From Reclinomonas americana ATCC 50394 (lineage: Eukaryota), in assembly GCA_048213135.1 (NCBI GenBank), contig PS015114.1:82237-131747 (forward strand): 49,511 nt of DNA. Reading direction: 5' to 3'. Below are positions 35,079-47,134 of this stretch, one piece after another. The notes below the pieces were generated by a model that was not told where the DNA came from, searched no databases, and saw only the letters and a program-made list of their open reading frames with translations. Position numbers and translations under genes: made by a program. The stretch's first letter is position 1, and every line of letters begins with the position of its first letter.

Positions 35079-37091
35079 ATGCGCGCTGCGAGTGTGCTTT
35101 GCATCGTACTATGCTGTTGTGCACTGCACGGATGGCCCGGACTGGCATCTGTGCTGCGCATGAGTGCAGACAACTCAACAAACGCTTCCAGTAACAATGA
35201 CATGCCATCGGTGCTTGCCTTGTCGGCGAATGCCACGTGGACTCTGCACGACATTCCTGTGGCGATTGTGATGTTCTACTCGGGAGGTCTCGTCGTTCAC
35301 TGCTCTCTACCTTCATGGGTGGAGACTGATGCGTGCGATCCGCAGAGGCATGTGGCAGTGGGCAGGTGATTCCACTGTGCGCGCAGGCGTTTCGAGCAGT
35401 GGAGGCTCTGGCGCAGCAGCAGACAGAGGATGGTGTGATGGTGGCCTCGTTTGATCAGGACAGCAATCGCGCTCATGGTGAGCATTGTTGCAAGCTGTCT
35501 CTCTCTCACCTGTCCTCATGAGCGTGGTTGCAGCTCTGCGTCTCAGCGTGGCCGGTGTGTACTCGCTTCGTGTGTTCCGCCACGGGATAATCGACGGCAA
35601 GGCATACGAAGGCGAGTTTACGGTGAGTGTGTAGCATACGCCGATCGGTGCCTCGAGCTCGCTGCTACTAACACTCTCAACAGGCGGAGGAGCTGAGCGA
35701 GTATGTGGCACGAAGCCGCTTGCCGTCGGTGCAAGACGCTGACGATGCCGACATGCTGCAACTCACTGTGGTCAAGAGTACGCGGGCAGTGGTGACCACA
35801 TTGAGCCGCTCTTCTCCAGGTGTGTGTGTGTGGCTGTGTGTGTGTGGACCGCAGACAACAGAAGGAGAACGTGACTCGTGCATGGGTGCAGAGTTTGCTG
35901 CGCTGAGTCGTGTGGCCGATAGCCTGCGCGGTGAGCTGACGTTCCTGCGTACCGACTTGCCGATTGGTGGTGTGGGCAATCCGGCACGCGTGTTTGTGTT
36001 TCGCGATTTCGACGCGGAGCCGGTGGCGTACACGGGTGGTGTGGTGGACGAGCGCCTCTTTGCATCGTGGTTGGCCACTGCACTGACGCCGCTCTGGGCG
36101 AGATTCAGCTACGAGCTGCCGGACTCCCTGCACCAGCACATGCTCCTCGTCGTGTTGCCGGCCGCCGACATGGCCGTGTATGACGGCGACAAAAACAGGA
36201 GCTGGCACCCCGTGCTCCGTGAGCTCACACATACGGCAAGTGAGCAGGCCCATGGCTTCTTCTTTCGCTTTACTTTCAACGTCGACGAGTTGCGCGATTC
36301 GCGTTGGAATGTGGTGGGTGATGGCATTCCGCATTCTCACGCACGCAGTGCATTGCAGGAGCTTGCTGGCTGCATACGCGGGTGAGCAGTCGGTGAACAA
36401 CACGCCGACGGCCGTCATCTACGATTACGAACACAAACTGCGGTACCGCATGGCCGACGCAGAGGCACTGACACCTGCCAGCCTGCGTGCCTTCATGATG
36501 ACCTTCAAGAGTGGCAATCTCACGCCGTTCATCAGGAGTCAGCGTCCACCAGAGGACAACTCGGGACCGGTGAAGGTTTGCCGCCCCATGTTCCCCCCAC
36601 CTGCATCTCTTGTTTCTTACACCCTCTTCTGACAGATGGTGGTCGCGCACACCTTTGATGAGATCGTCCTGGACCCGACCAAGGACGTATTCCTGCGCGT
36701 CTACGCACCATGGTCCGGCCACTGCAAGCACATGCAGCCGAAATTCCACGCCACTGCAGAACTCTTGCGAGACGTGCCGTCGGTGGTGGTCGCGGAGCTG
36801 GACGGCACAGCCAATGACATGCCGCCGCTGCTTGTCGAGCACGTGCGAGGCTACCCCACAATCCTGTTCATTCCGGCTCGGAGCAAGCCGGTGAAGAGCG
36901 CAGCGGAAATTCTGCGGTACGAGGGTCCACGTCTTGCAGCAGACATGTTCGAGTATGTTATCAAGCACGCCTCCATTCCGATTGAGAGCGGCGCGACCGC
37001 TGCTGCTGGTGGTGAGAGCTACACGTTGTGGGTCTTTCAGTGGATGGTGTTGCTTGTGGCCTCGGTCAGCCTGCTGGTGGTGGTGACTTGA
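35079..37091 (+). CDS. Protein disulfide isomerase-family protein with a signal peptide, an SGHC motif and a C-terminal TM helix
   Basis: Signal peptide. PDI linker and a' domain (PFIRSQRPPEDNSGPVK|MVVAHTFDEIVLDPTKDVFLRVYAPWSGHCKHM, ELDGTAND, VRGYPTILF). C-terminus YTLWVFQWMVLLVASVSLLVVVT*. Confidence 0.85.
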
Positions 37092-37325
37092 AACCCCACA
37101 CACGCGCTGCAGTTTCAGCGGACAGCGGGTTTGGAATGTCGGTTAGCGACGCAGAGGTGGTCCAGCGGGTCGTGCGCGTACTGCGTGCATGATGCCGACG
37201 ATGAATGACACGGGGTGCATGCTTGTCGGAGAGAAACTGCGAGCTTCGTTCGCTGCCAAAAATAAATCCGAGTAAAGAGAGAGAGAGAAAGTCACCTCTC
37301 CTCTTCCTATCCCTCTTTGTCTCCC

Positions 37326-39516
37326 ATGGCCGCCTTTGTCGATCTCCTTGGCCCGACGCTGTTCACGCACAATGGCACAGTCAGCACCGACGAGGCACTC
37401 AACAACTGCACTGCTGTTGTTGCGACAAGTGATCGCTCTCCACCTCTTACACACCAACGTACTCACTCTTCTCCTCCTCCTCCCCTCTCACTCCCCCTCT
37501 TATGCCTCCATCACGCACACAGGGCCTGCTCTTCAGTGCACACTGGTGAGATGTGTGTGTGTGTGCATGCATGGATATCGATCTCACGCTCGCTCGTATA
37601 CGCACTACTGCTTGTATTCCAGGTGCGCTCCATGTCGTGTGCTGAGCACCAAGCTCGCCGAAATGTACACCACGTTCAAGGCGGCAAACAAAGGCTTTGA
37701 GGTGGGTCTTCATCCTTGTCGGAAAAACGCAGTTCGTGCACAACTCAGTTGCAGGTCTTCTCCGCCCTGCATGCATGCAGATCGTGTATGTTTCCAGTGA
37801 TCACGACGAGGAGGAGTTCAAGTTGCGCATCGCTCTTGGCTGTCGGGTCGCGGGCACGAGCAGCGTATCTAACTGTCGTCCACAGTGACTACTTTGCGGA
37901 GCATCCGTGGATTGCGTTGCCGTACGAAGACCGGGAGCGCAAGGCCGAGATATCTGCCAAGTTCGAGGTCCGCGGCATTCCGACGCTGGTGATTCTGGCG
38001 CCCGGCGGCGAGCTCATCACGGCCAATGGTGAGTCGTGATTGATATTCTTCGAGTTTGTGTATCTGCAAGCGAGAGCGAGAGAGAGGGAAATGTCATCGC
38101 TGACCTTTGCGTTGCGCAGGTCGTGAGCGCGTCATGTCGGACCCGCAGGGTGCCAGATATCCCTGGTACGCATGCGCCACTGTTATTGCCTTCCCTTCCC
38201 GCGTGTCGCGTGCCACTCATGCGAAGTGCAGGTACCCACCAACGCTGTCGCACTGCATCGGCTCGTCCTTTGTCAACAAGCACGGCCAGAGTCTCGATCG
38301 CCGTGCCATTTCTGGCAAGTACCTTGGACTGTACTTCAGCGGCCTCTGGTGCCCACCGAGCGTCAGTTGCGTGTTGTCTCCTCTTTCGGCACCCTTCATG
38401 AAACGCTGCGACTGATACCGAGTGCAGTGTTCACTCCGATGCTGGCGTCGGTCTACGAGGAGGTCAGGGAGTCTGGCAAGCTGCGTGTTCGTGTCGTACT
38501 GGTGGGAAGTGAAGCAGAGGTGCTGACCTGTCATCTGTGCAGGCCATTCGAGGTGGTGTTCGCCTCTGTCGACCGCAGCGACGAGGAGTTTGAAGAGCAA
38601 CTCGGTTTGTCTCAACGATTCGAAAGATGTGGTGTGTGGCTTGAACTCAACACTGAGGTACAGCGACGATGCCGTGGCTGGCCATCCCACTCGGAGATGA
38701 CCGCATCGCTCTGCTGCAAGAGCGGTTCGGTATCACACGCATTCCATCACTGGTCATTCTCGGTGCGCACCACCTGTTGCAGAAGAGAGGAGAGGTGTCT
38801 CTCCGTTTTTCCCAACGCACTCAATATTCATTCTACAGACGAGGACATGAACGTGGTCAACTCTGCTGCTGCCGGTGCTGTGCGGGTGCGTTGAGTTCGC
38901 AGTCTCCAGTTTCCCCCCACTGCGACTCACACGATCTCACGTACACAGGCTCGTGGTGCTGCGGGATTTCCGTTCCATCCGATTCCAGCAAGCGAGTTGG
39001 ACGGTGGTGAAATCGACGACATACTCACCAACCTCACTCCCACTGCGATTCTGTTTATGGAGGATGTGGAAGCCGATCAGCAGCACCAGCTGAAAATGAT
39101 GTTGTCGGAGATCGCCAGTGAGGTGTTGCTGGAGGACAAGGTACGCGTGTGCATGTGACCAAGCAGACTGATCTCTCTCACCGCGCGTACAGAATGGCTC
39201 TCGCTCGATGCTCTTTTACTACGCCATCGGGTCGGGACGAATCTGTCAGCAGGTGCGCAAGTTGACAGGTCTCGGCAACGCCAAAGGCACTCCTCAGCTG
39301 ATTCTTCTGGATCTGGTGAGTGACACTTCTGGATCTGATATGCTTAATAGCGAGTTGAGCGGCTGATTGTTTGCACAGGGGTATCGCAGTGCGTTGTACA
39401 AGTCAGCGCGCGAAGGCGATATCACTGCCGGCTACCTGCGCCAAATCATCCGAGACTTCAAGAGCAAATCACTGCACATGGAGCACTTTGAAGTGTACCA
39501 CGACGTCGACGAGTGA
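37326..39516 (+). CDS. Nucleoredoxin-like protein, copy 1 (two tryparedoxin-type Trx domains plus a C-terminal b'-like domain)
   Basis: GLLFSAHW|CAPCR, FEIVYVSSD, HPWIALPY, VRGIPTLVIL; second domain GKYLGLYFSGLWCPPS, FEVVFASVDRS, MPWLAIP. Stop 39514-39516. Confidence 0.88.
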
Positions 39517-39639
39517 GCGAGTGGCTGGGAAGGTAACACAACGACTGCATTTGCCAACGAATGCAATCGACAGCGGCAACCTTGATGATCGAGTCCAACT
39601 GCAACCACCTGCAGCTTGACAAACTGCAGTTGGGCAGAG

Positions 39640-39970
39640 AAGGCGAGTGAAGCATGTGGCCACTGCAGGCTGCCCAGTGTCTTTGGTGGTGATCGCGGAG
39701 CCCAGACGGCACAGCTGTCCACCGAAAATAAATCCGCGACTTCTTCGATATCGATCTGGCGGAAGACAGGTTCGAGTTTATCAAGCCTCCGCTCCTGTTG
39801 AGAGTGAGAGCTACGCGTTGTGGGTCTATCAGTAGATGGTGTTGCTTGTGATGAAGACTTGCAACTGAAACCCACACGGCGCCAGCCAACAGCGCGCGGG
39901 TTCGAAATTGATCACCGATGCAGTTGTGGTCCAGCGGATCGTCCGCGTACTGCGTGCGTGATGTCGATGA
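39640..39970 (+). pseudogene. Decayed duplicate of the PDI last exon and 3' flank
   Basis: ggccactgca, ggtggtgatcgcggagc and gagagctacgcgttgtgggtctatcagTAGatggtgttgcttgtg match about 36715-37200, with deletions and a TGG>TAG change. Confidence 0.8.
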
Positions 39971-40160
39971 TGGAACAGGAGAGTAAACAAGAGATAACTA
40001 TCTCGCTGAGGAGAGAGAGACAGAGACAAAGGAACTGCAGGCCTGCCAAGAATATTGACTGGACACGAATGAAATTAAATGGCGGACGCGCGTGAGACAC
40101 GACAAATCATTTTTCCGCCGACTTCTTCTGAGCACAGAGAACCACCCTTCTCCTCCCACC

Positions 40161-41315
40161 ATGGCAGCATTCATCGAACTCCTTGGCCCGATGTTGTTGA
40201 CTCACAATGGCACAGTGAGCACCGACGAGGCACTGAAAGACTGCACCGCTGTTGTTGCGTCACCTGTCCAGATCTCTCACACGCAGCGCACCACACTCAC
40301 ACTCTCTGCTCTCTGCTCGCTCCCTCCCACTCTCTCATTGTACCTGCATCACGCACACACAGGGTCTGTTCTTCAGTGGCCACTGGTGAGTTCGAGAGCG
40401 AGATGCGCAGCGCATCCTCTTCGTGTCCACACACTCACTCACTCTCTGTTGCACGACAGGTGCCCTCCGAGCCGCGTGTTCACCCCCAAGCTCGCCGAGG
40501 TGTATAACGCATTCAAGGCGGCCAACAAGGGTTTTGAGGTGAGGAGTGAGTGTATCATGATCATAAATATCGGATATATTGATGTTCTGCGCTTTCCCCT
40601 CTCTCACACTCGCTCTTTCACAGATCGTCTTCATCTCCAGTGACAACGACGAGGAGGAATTCAAGTTGCGCATCGCTCTTTGTCTGTGTGGGCCACGGGA
40701 CAAGAACCGCTTGAATATACGCGGACAAAACAGCGTGTCTCGATATCGCTAATAATTGTCGCCCACAGTGACTACTTTGCGGAGCATCCGTGGATTGCGC
40801 TGCCGTACGGAGATCGGGAGCGCAAAGCAGCGATATCTGCCAAGTACAAGGTCCGCGGCATCCCAACGCTGGTGATTTTGTCGCCCAACGGCGAGCTCAT
40901 CACGGCCAAGGGTGAGTGTAGTCGATGCATTGATGTTCGAGTGCCTGTATTTGCAAGTGGGGAAGAGAGGAGAGGGAGAGAGAAGTGACAGCTTCCTTGC
41001 TGCTGCCTCACACAATGACAACACAGGCCGCGAGCACGTCATGTCAGATCCGCAAGGCGAGAAGTTCCCTTGGTGCGCCCCCCGTTTCTCTCGCGTCTGC
41101 CCGTGCGTGCACGTTGCCGCTCATCAAGATGCGTGTAGGTATCCACCAACGCTGTCGGACTGCGTCGGCTCGTCATTCGTCAACAAGCACGGTCAGACTG
41201 TCGATCGCCATGCCATTTCCGGCAAGTATCTCGGACTGTACTTCAGCGGCCACTGGTGCCCACCGAGCGTCAGTTGCGTTATAATTCTCTTCTCTCTCAC
41301 ACATACACACTCTAT

Positions 41316-41353
<38 letters not shown>

Positions 41354-43082
41354 GAAACGCTGCGACTGATACCGGATGCTGTTTCTCGATCTGCGCAGTG
41401 TTCACTCCGATGCTGGCGTCGGTCTACGAGGAGGTCAGGGAGTCTGGCNNNNNNNNNNNNNNNNNNNNNNNNNNNNNNNNNNNNNNNNNNNNNNNNNNNN
41501 NNNNNNNNNNNNNNNNNNNNNNNNNNNNNNNNNNNNNNNNNNNNNNNNNNNNNNNNNNNNNNNNNNNNNNNNNNNNNNNNNNNNNNNNNNNNNNNNNNNN
41601 NNNNNNNNNNNNNNNNNNNNNNNNNNNNNNNNNNNNNNNNNNNNNNNNNNNNNNNNNNNNNNNNNNNNNNNNNNNNNNNNNNNNNNNNNNNNNNNNNNNN
41701 NNNNNNNNNNNNNNNNNNNNNNNNNNNNNNNNNNNNNNNNNNNNNNNNNNNNNNNNNNNNNNNNNNNNNNNNNNNNNNNNNNNNNNNNNNNNNNNNNNNN
41801 NNNNNNNNNNNNNNNNNNNNNNNNNNNNNNNNNNNNNNNNNNNNNNNNNNNNNNNNNNNNNNNNNNNNNNNNNNNNNNNNNNNNNNNNNNNNNNNNNNNN
41901 NNNNNNNNNNNNNNNNNNNNNNNNNNNNNNNNNNNNNNNNNNNNNNNNNNNNNNNNNNNNNNNNNNNNNNNNNNNNNNNNNNNNNNNNNNNNNNNNNNNN
42001 NNNNNNNNNNNNNNNNNNNNNNNAAGTTGCGTGCTCGTGTTATAGGGTGCGGAGAAAATGAAGCAGCGGAAATGCTGACTTGTCATCTGCACAGGCCGTT
42101 CGAGGTGGTGTTCGTCTCTGTCGACCGCAGCGACGAGGAGTTTGAGGAGTACCTTGGTTTGTCTTCCAGGGAGAAGCGTGTGTGCACGTCGTGGTTGGTA
42201 CTCATGTATTGAATTGCAGCGACGATGCCGTGGCTGGCCATCCCACGCGGAGATGACCGCATCGGCCTGCTGCAAGAGCGGTTCGGAATCACCAGCATTC
42301 CGTCACTGGTCATTCTCGGTGCGCACTTGTTGCAGAAGAGAGGAGATGTGTCTCTCCGTTTTCCATACACGCTCACTGTTGCATATTGCAGATGAGGACA
42401 TGCACGTGGTCAACTCTGCTGCCGCCGGTGCTGTGCGGGTGCGTTGAGTTCGCAGTCTCCAGTTTCCCCACTTTGACTCATGATCACACGATCTCACGTT
42501 CACAGGCTCACGGTGCTGCGGGGTTCCCGTACTATCCGATTCCGGCAAGCGAGTTGGACGGTGGTGATCTTGGCGATGTCAATGGCACTCCCACCATGAT
42601 GCTCTTCATGGAGGATGTGGAAGCCGATCAGCAGCACAAGCTGAAAGCGGCGCTGTCGGAGATCGCCAAGGAGGTGCTGATGGAGGACAAGGTATACGCG
42701 TGCACATAGCAAAGTAGAGTGGCCTATTATACGTCTCACCACCATGTGCAGTCCGCTGGTCGACTCGACTCTCGCTCGATGCTCTTCTACTACGCCACCG
42801 AATCGGGACATGTCGGTGAACAGGTGCGCAAATTGGCCAACCTCGGCAAGTCTGAAGGCGTCCCACAGCTGGTCTTGCTGGATCTGGTGAGTGCAGCTTT
42901 CTACACATCGTGCTTCTTCGTCTGGCTGACCGCGGCTGTGTCTTCACGCACGTGCACTGCAGGGTGACAGCGCTTCGTTCTACAAGCCGGCACGCGAGGG
43001 CGACTTCACTTCCAACTACCTGCGCCAATTCATCAGTGACTACAAGAGCAAGTCACTGGAGCGCCACCAAGTTCGTCGTTGA
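40161..43082 (+). CDS. Nucleoredoxin-like protein, copy 2; spans gap 41449-42023
   Basis: Same exon structure as copy 1; motifs GLFFSGHW|CPPSR and YFSGHWCPPS. Stop TGA 43080-43082. Confidence 0.88.
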
Positions 43083-43650
43083 ACGGCGCACGAGGACGGG
43101 AGCAGACAGGGCCGCTGCGAGAGTCGTGGATTCGAACAAACGCGAACAGAAGCCGAATGCAATGAACTCGAGCTCGTCGCTATGTACCAGATCAATGTGC
43201 ATGGGGGGGAGATGATCATGAGCGCAATCAGCACCGAGTACTTCGCGGGGCGATACAACGGACTGCAAGCTCGTCGACGCGTCTGAGCAACTCAAGCCCC
43301 AGTATTGCATGCGCATGCGCATGCCCAACTGATACTTGAACTCTTGACAAGAATGCATCGCAGGCGAACCATCTAACCGGCATGCAAGTGGGTTTGCAGA
43401 CTCTTGGCGCAAGTGGTGTCTGGATCCGGAAGCCCCCATATCCATGGCCAGATCCGGAAACCGATATCATGATCACTTGATATGAGTCGCTCTGTGAGAG
43501 ACCGCACAGACCCGCCACGTTCTCATCTCGTCCGTGACTTGTAGTTGCTGGGGCGCCTGACCCACAGCGCAGTGCGCACAAGCGATATTGACAACTTCAT
43601 TGAAATTGCGCTCGCTCATCATCATCGCATTGAGTAAGTGAGTTACTTTG

Positions 43651-44148
43651 ATGGCGTCAGCGTCAGGATCAGGCGTCCGCACCATCGGAGGCTCTTCGTC
43701 TTCCTCCTCGTCGGCCTCTGACGGAGAGACACTGGCACTCTTCTTGCGAGGCACACTCGAGACACTGCAGCAACGGGCATCGAAACGCAAGGACGATGAA
43801 CTCAACCGCGCCTGTGTGGACATGCTCGGTGAGACACACACACACACACGCGCGCGCGCTCACTGTGTGCATGCACGCAAGACACACACTCTGTCTCTCT
43901 GTCTGTCTGTGTGTGCGTGCGTCTTTGTGAAATACGCGTGCGTGCGCGCGTGTGTATGCGTGTGTGCGTGTCTTGCCATCACTCACGCTCCTCTCTCTCG
44001 CTCTCTCTGTTCTCGCTCTCATGCGCAAACAGGCAAGGTCACGCGTATTGCGAGTCCGCGAGAGGAATCATCGTGGATTCACCCGTTGGTGTTGGGTGTC
44101 AACTCGAATGATAAGAAGACTGCAGCGGCCGCGCTCAATGGCATTCAG
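43651..44148 (+). CDS. N-terminal exons of a BIG/Sec7/MON2-type protein (DCB domain)
   Basis: FLRGTLETLQQRASKRKDDELNRAC...WIHPLVLGVNSNDKKTAAAALNGIQ resembles the DCB N-terminus of large ARF-GEFs. Continues into a gap. Confidence 0.7.
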
Positions 44149-44452
44149 GTCGGTGGTGGTGCATCAGTGTCAATCACCTCCCAAGTCCTCTCTCTCTGCC
44201 CCCGTGTCTCCCTCTCCACATATGCACAAGACTCGAAGCAGGCAGAGATGGGGTGAAGGGAGAAAGGAGAGATCTCTCATGGATGCCACGTGCGCATCTG
44301 TCTTTGACACTCGTGTCACTCTCTCTCTCACACATGCATGTTGTCACTTCATCGCTGTGCCGGTCCCTGGCCGCATCTGTTCGTGACCCATCTCTCACAC
44401 CCAACCTCCCGCATACTATTCGCCGTCACCGGCCTCTTCGCTGACACATACA

Positions 44453-44454
<2 letters not shown>

Positions 44455-44513
<59 letters not shown>

Positions 44514-44657
44514 ACNNNNNNNNNNNNNNNNNNNNNNNNNNNNNNNNNNNNNNNNNNNNNNNNNNNNNNNNNNNNNNNNNNNNNNNNNNNNNNNNNNNNN
44601 NNNNNNNNNNNNNNNNNNNNNNNNNNNNNNNNNNNNNNNNNNNNNNNCCTCCTCCTC

Positions 44658-44733
<76 letters not shown>
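44455..44733. repeat. (CT)n and (CA)n microsatellites flanking gap 44516-44647
   Basis: Directly visible dinucleotide runs. Confidence 0.95.
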
Positions 44734-44737
<4 letters not shown>

Positions 44738-44742
44738 TCAAC

Positions 44743-45039
44743 TCTCGCGGCACCCTCATACGGCACACACAACAAGCGCAGCGTGGCGGTCTCCAGAGGC
44801 GCCATTTGCCTCGCCGCAGTCACCCGATGCGCAGACTCTGGCCGCACTTGCACTGGCGCCACAGGAGGAGCAACAGGAGGAGCAACCACAGCAACAGAAC
44901 GCGCTCCTCCTGCGACCACTGTTCCACTCATGACTTGTGCGCCTCCGCCCAGCACGGCCGCGCTTCCATTGTGCGCAGGAGCACCTCGCACTGCGGTGGC
45001 GCCCAGTGGCACGCCCGCGTGCGGTTGAAGAGCAGCCAT
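44743..45039 (-). CDS. Probable first exon of the UBAP1-like gene, on the apparently inverted contig
   Basis: MAALQPHAG...LRLLCVPYEGAAR, then donor GTTGAGT and a (GA)n tract that matches the (GA)n at 46962. Joins in phase 0 to the exon at 47135. Confidence 0.6.
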
Positions 45040-45638
45040 TAGATTTCTGCTGTGAGAGCAATGAAAAGTTGTGATTTTGAAGGTCAGCAGGACGTCAGGG
45101 TATCCTCACAGTCCGAAGTGCACCACTTGGTTCCAGCGATGACGAAGCAAGATAGATGTGCGCGTAAGCGCAGTGTAATAACAGAATTCGAAGGCGATGT
45201 GTGATCTGGAAGCTTTGCTGTCCGGATCTTCGAATTCAATCGCGAAGTCCCCGACTTTCGGAAGCACAGTGCATGTGTATACGTAAGCGCTGTGTAACAG
45301 ACTTCGAAAGCGGCGTTTGTCACACTGCGAAGTCCACGACTTTCGGTCCGGATCGTCAACGTCACACTGCGTTGTCCACCGAGTGCGTCACTTGCGGGCT
45401 TGTGTTTCGGCATCCTGCATCCTGCACCGTCGCCCATCTCAACAAACAGCGCAGCTACAAACCCCCAGGCGAGCGTAAACGACGACGACGACAAGGACTT
45501 TTCATACGCGCCGCAGGAGAGGTGAGGGAGACGACGACGACGACGGGAGATGCGTATAAAGAAAAGGAGGAAAAGAGAGTGGGGGTGGGAAAACGGGGGT
45601 AAGGAAGAGTTGTGTCTCTAGTCGAGTCGCTCTCTGTC

Positions 45639-46414
45639 TCAGAGCTCTTCGTTGACGGGCTTGTGGCTGAGCTGCATGGTGATTGATGTGGACATGCCGC
45701 CGAGGCCGTCTGGGTCCAGCTCGTCGTCTTGGTAATACTACGTGTGCGCAGGCGAGTGAGCAAGTGAGACAAGAAAGGCACCATGGCGTGATACGCACTT
45801 GCACCAACTGGTCCATCTTCTTGCCGCAACGAGTGATGAGGTCCTGGTCGGGGGTGCCACGTGTGCCACACATGGCGACCAGGTCGACCACCACGGTACG
45901 CAACTCCGTCACGTGCCTGCACCATAAACATCCTTGAGTTAAGTGTCTCGTTTCCCCGACCGTGACTACTGGTTGTGGACGCACGTGCAGAATTCCCGTC
46001 GCAGTTCCGTCTCAAACTCTTGATTCGACGGCGATCGGTGTGCTGGTACCGGCTGTTCGCCCTCCGGTGCTGGCTCGTGGGCAGGGCCGAGGAACACGTC
46101 GGCCAACATGTGTGGATCCTCGCAGATCTGTGACAGCAGCTGCAGCGTAATAATCTTCTCCGAGGCGGTACTCTTGCGGCCCTTGATGACCTTGACAAAC
46201 ACATTGGAGAAGAGCATAAACAGCTCGCCCTGTGCAGCGCGCGTCAGCAACACGCACACACACGGGCCGTGAGGCTCGTGAGAGACTGTCAGTCAACTCA
46301 ACTCGAATGACGTGTCTGTAGCCCTGGAAGAGCGACAAGACGAGATTCATCGAGTGCTGGAAGAGCACCGGCACGCCGCACAGAATCGTGCGCAGAATGC
46401 CCGTGACGAGGTAC
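45639..46414 (-). CDS. HUS (Sec7_N)-domain exons and C-terminus of the DCB protein, on the apparently inverted contig
   Basis: YLVTGILRTILCGVPVLFQHSMNLVLSLFQGYRHVIR|GELFMLFSNVFVKVIKGRKSTASEKIITLQLLSQICEDPHMLADVF resembles the BIG1/Sec7 HUS region. Stop TGA 45639-45641. Confidence 0.75.
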
Positions 46415-46961
46415 CTGATTATCGCAGACAGTTAGATTCTCCGCTACAAACACATGCTGCTGCTTGGTGTTNNNNNNNNNNNNNNNNNNNNNNNNNNNNN
46501 NNNNNNNNNNNNNNNNNNNNNNNNNNNNNNNNNNNNNNNNNNNNNNNNNNNNNNNNNNNNNNNNNNNNNNNNNNNNNNNNNNNNNNNNNNNNNNNNNNNN
46601 NNNNNNNNNNNNNNNNNNNNNNNNNNNNNNNNNNNNNNNNNNNNNNNNNNNNNNNNNNNNNNNNNNNNNNNNNNNNNNNNNNNNNNNNNNNNNNNNNNNN
46701 NNNNNNNNNNNNNNNNNNNNNNNNNNNNNNNNNNNNNNNNNNNNNNNNNNNNNNNNNNNNNNNNNNNNNNNNNNNNNNNNNNNNNNNNNNNNNNNNNNNN
46801 NNNNNNNNNNNNNNNNNNNNNNNNNNNNNNNNNNNNNNNNNNNNNNNNNNNNNNNNNNNNNNNNNNNNNNNNNNNNNNNNNNNNNNNNNNNNNNNNNNNN
46901 NNNNNNNNNNNNNNNNNNNNNNNNNNNNNNNNNNNNNNNNNNNNNNNNNNNNNNNNNNNNN

Positions 46962-47073
<112 letters not shown>

Positions 47074-47134
47074 GTACACTCATGCCGCCCCCTCTTCTCC
47101 GTTGCTGTTTTTCCGCCTCGTCTCTATTCTTCAG

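Noticed and set aside
36700-41270. Selenocysteine in the thioredoxin-fold active sites
   Set aside because: The motif codons are TGC/TGT/AGC/TCC; there is no in-frame TGA.
41449-42023. 575-nt gap as a possible insertion in nucleoredoxin copy 2
   Set aside because: The flanks (gagtctggc / aag) are contiguous in copy 1, so the gap is probably near zero length. No element can be inferred from Ns.
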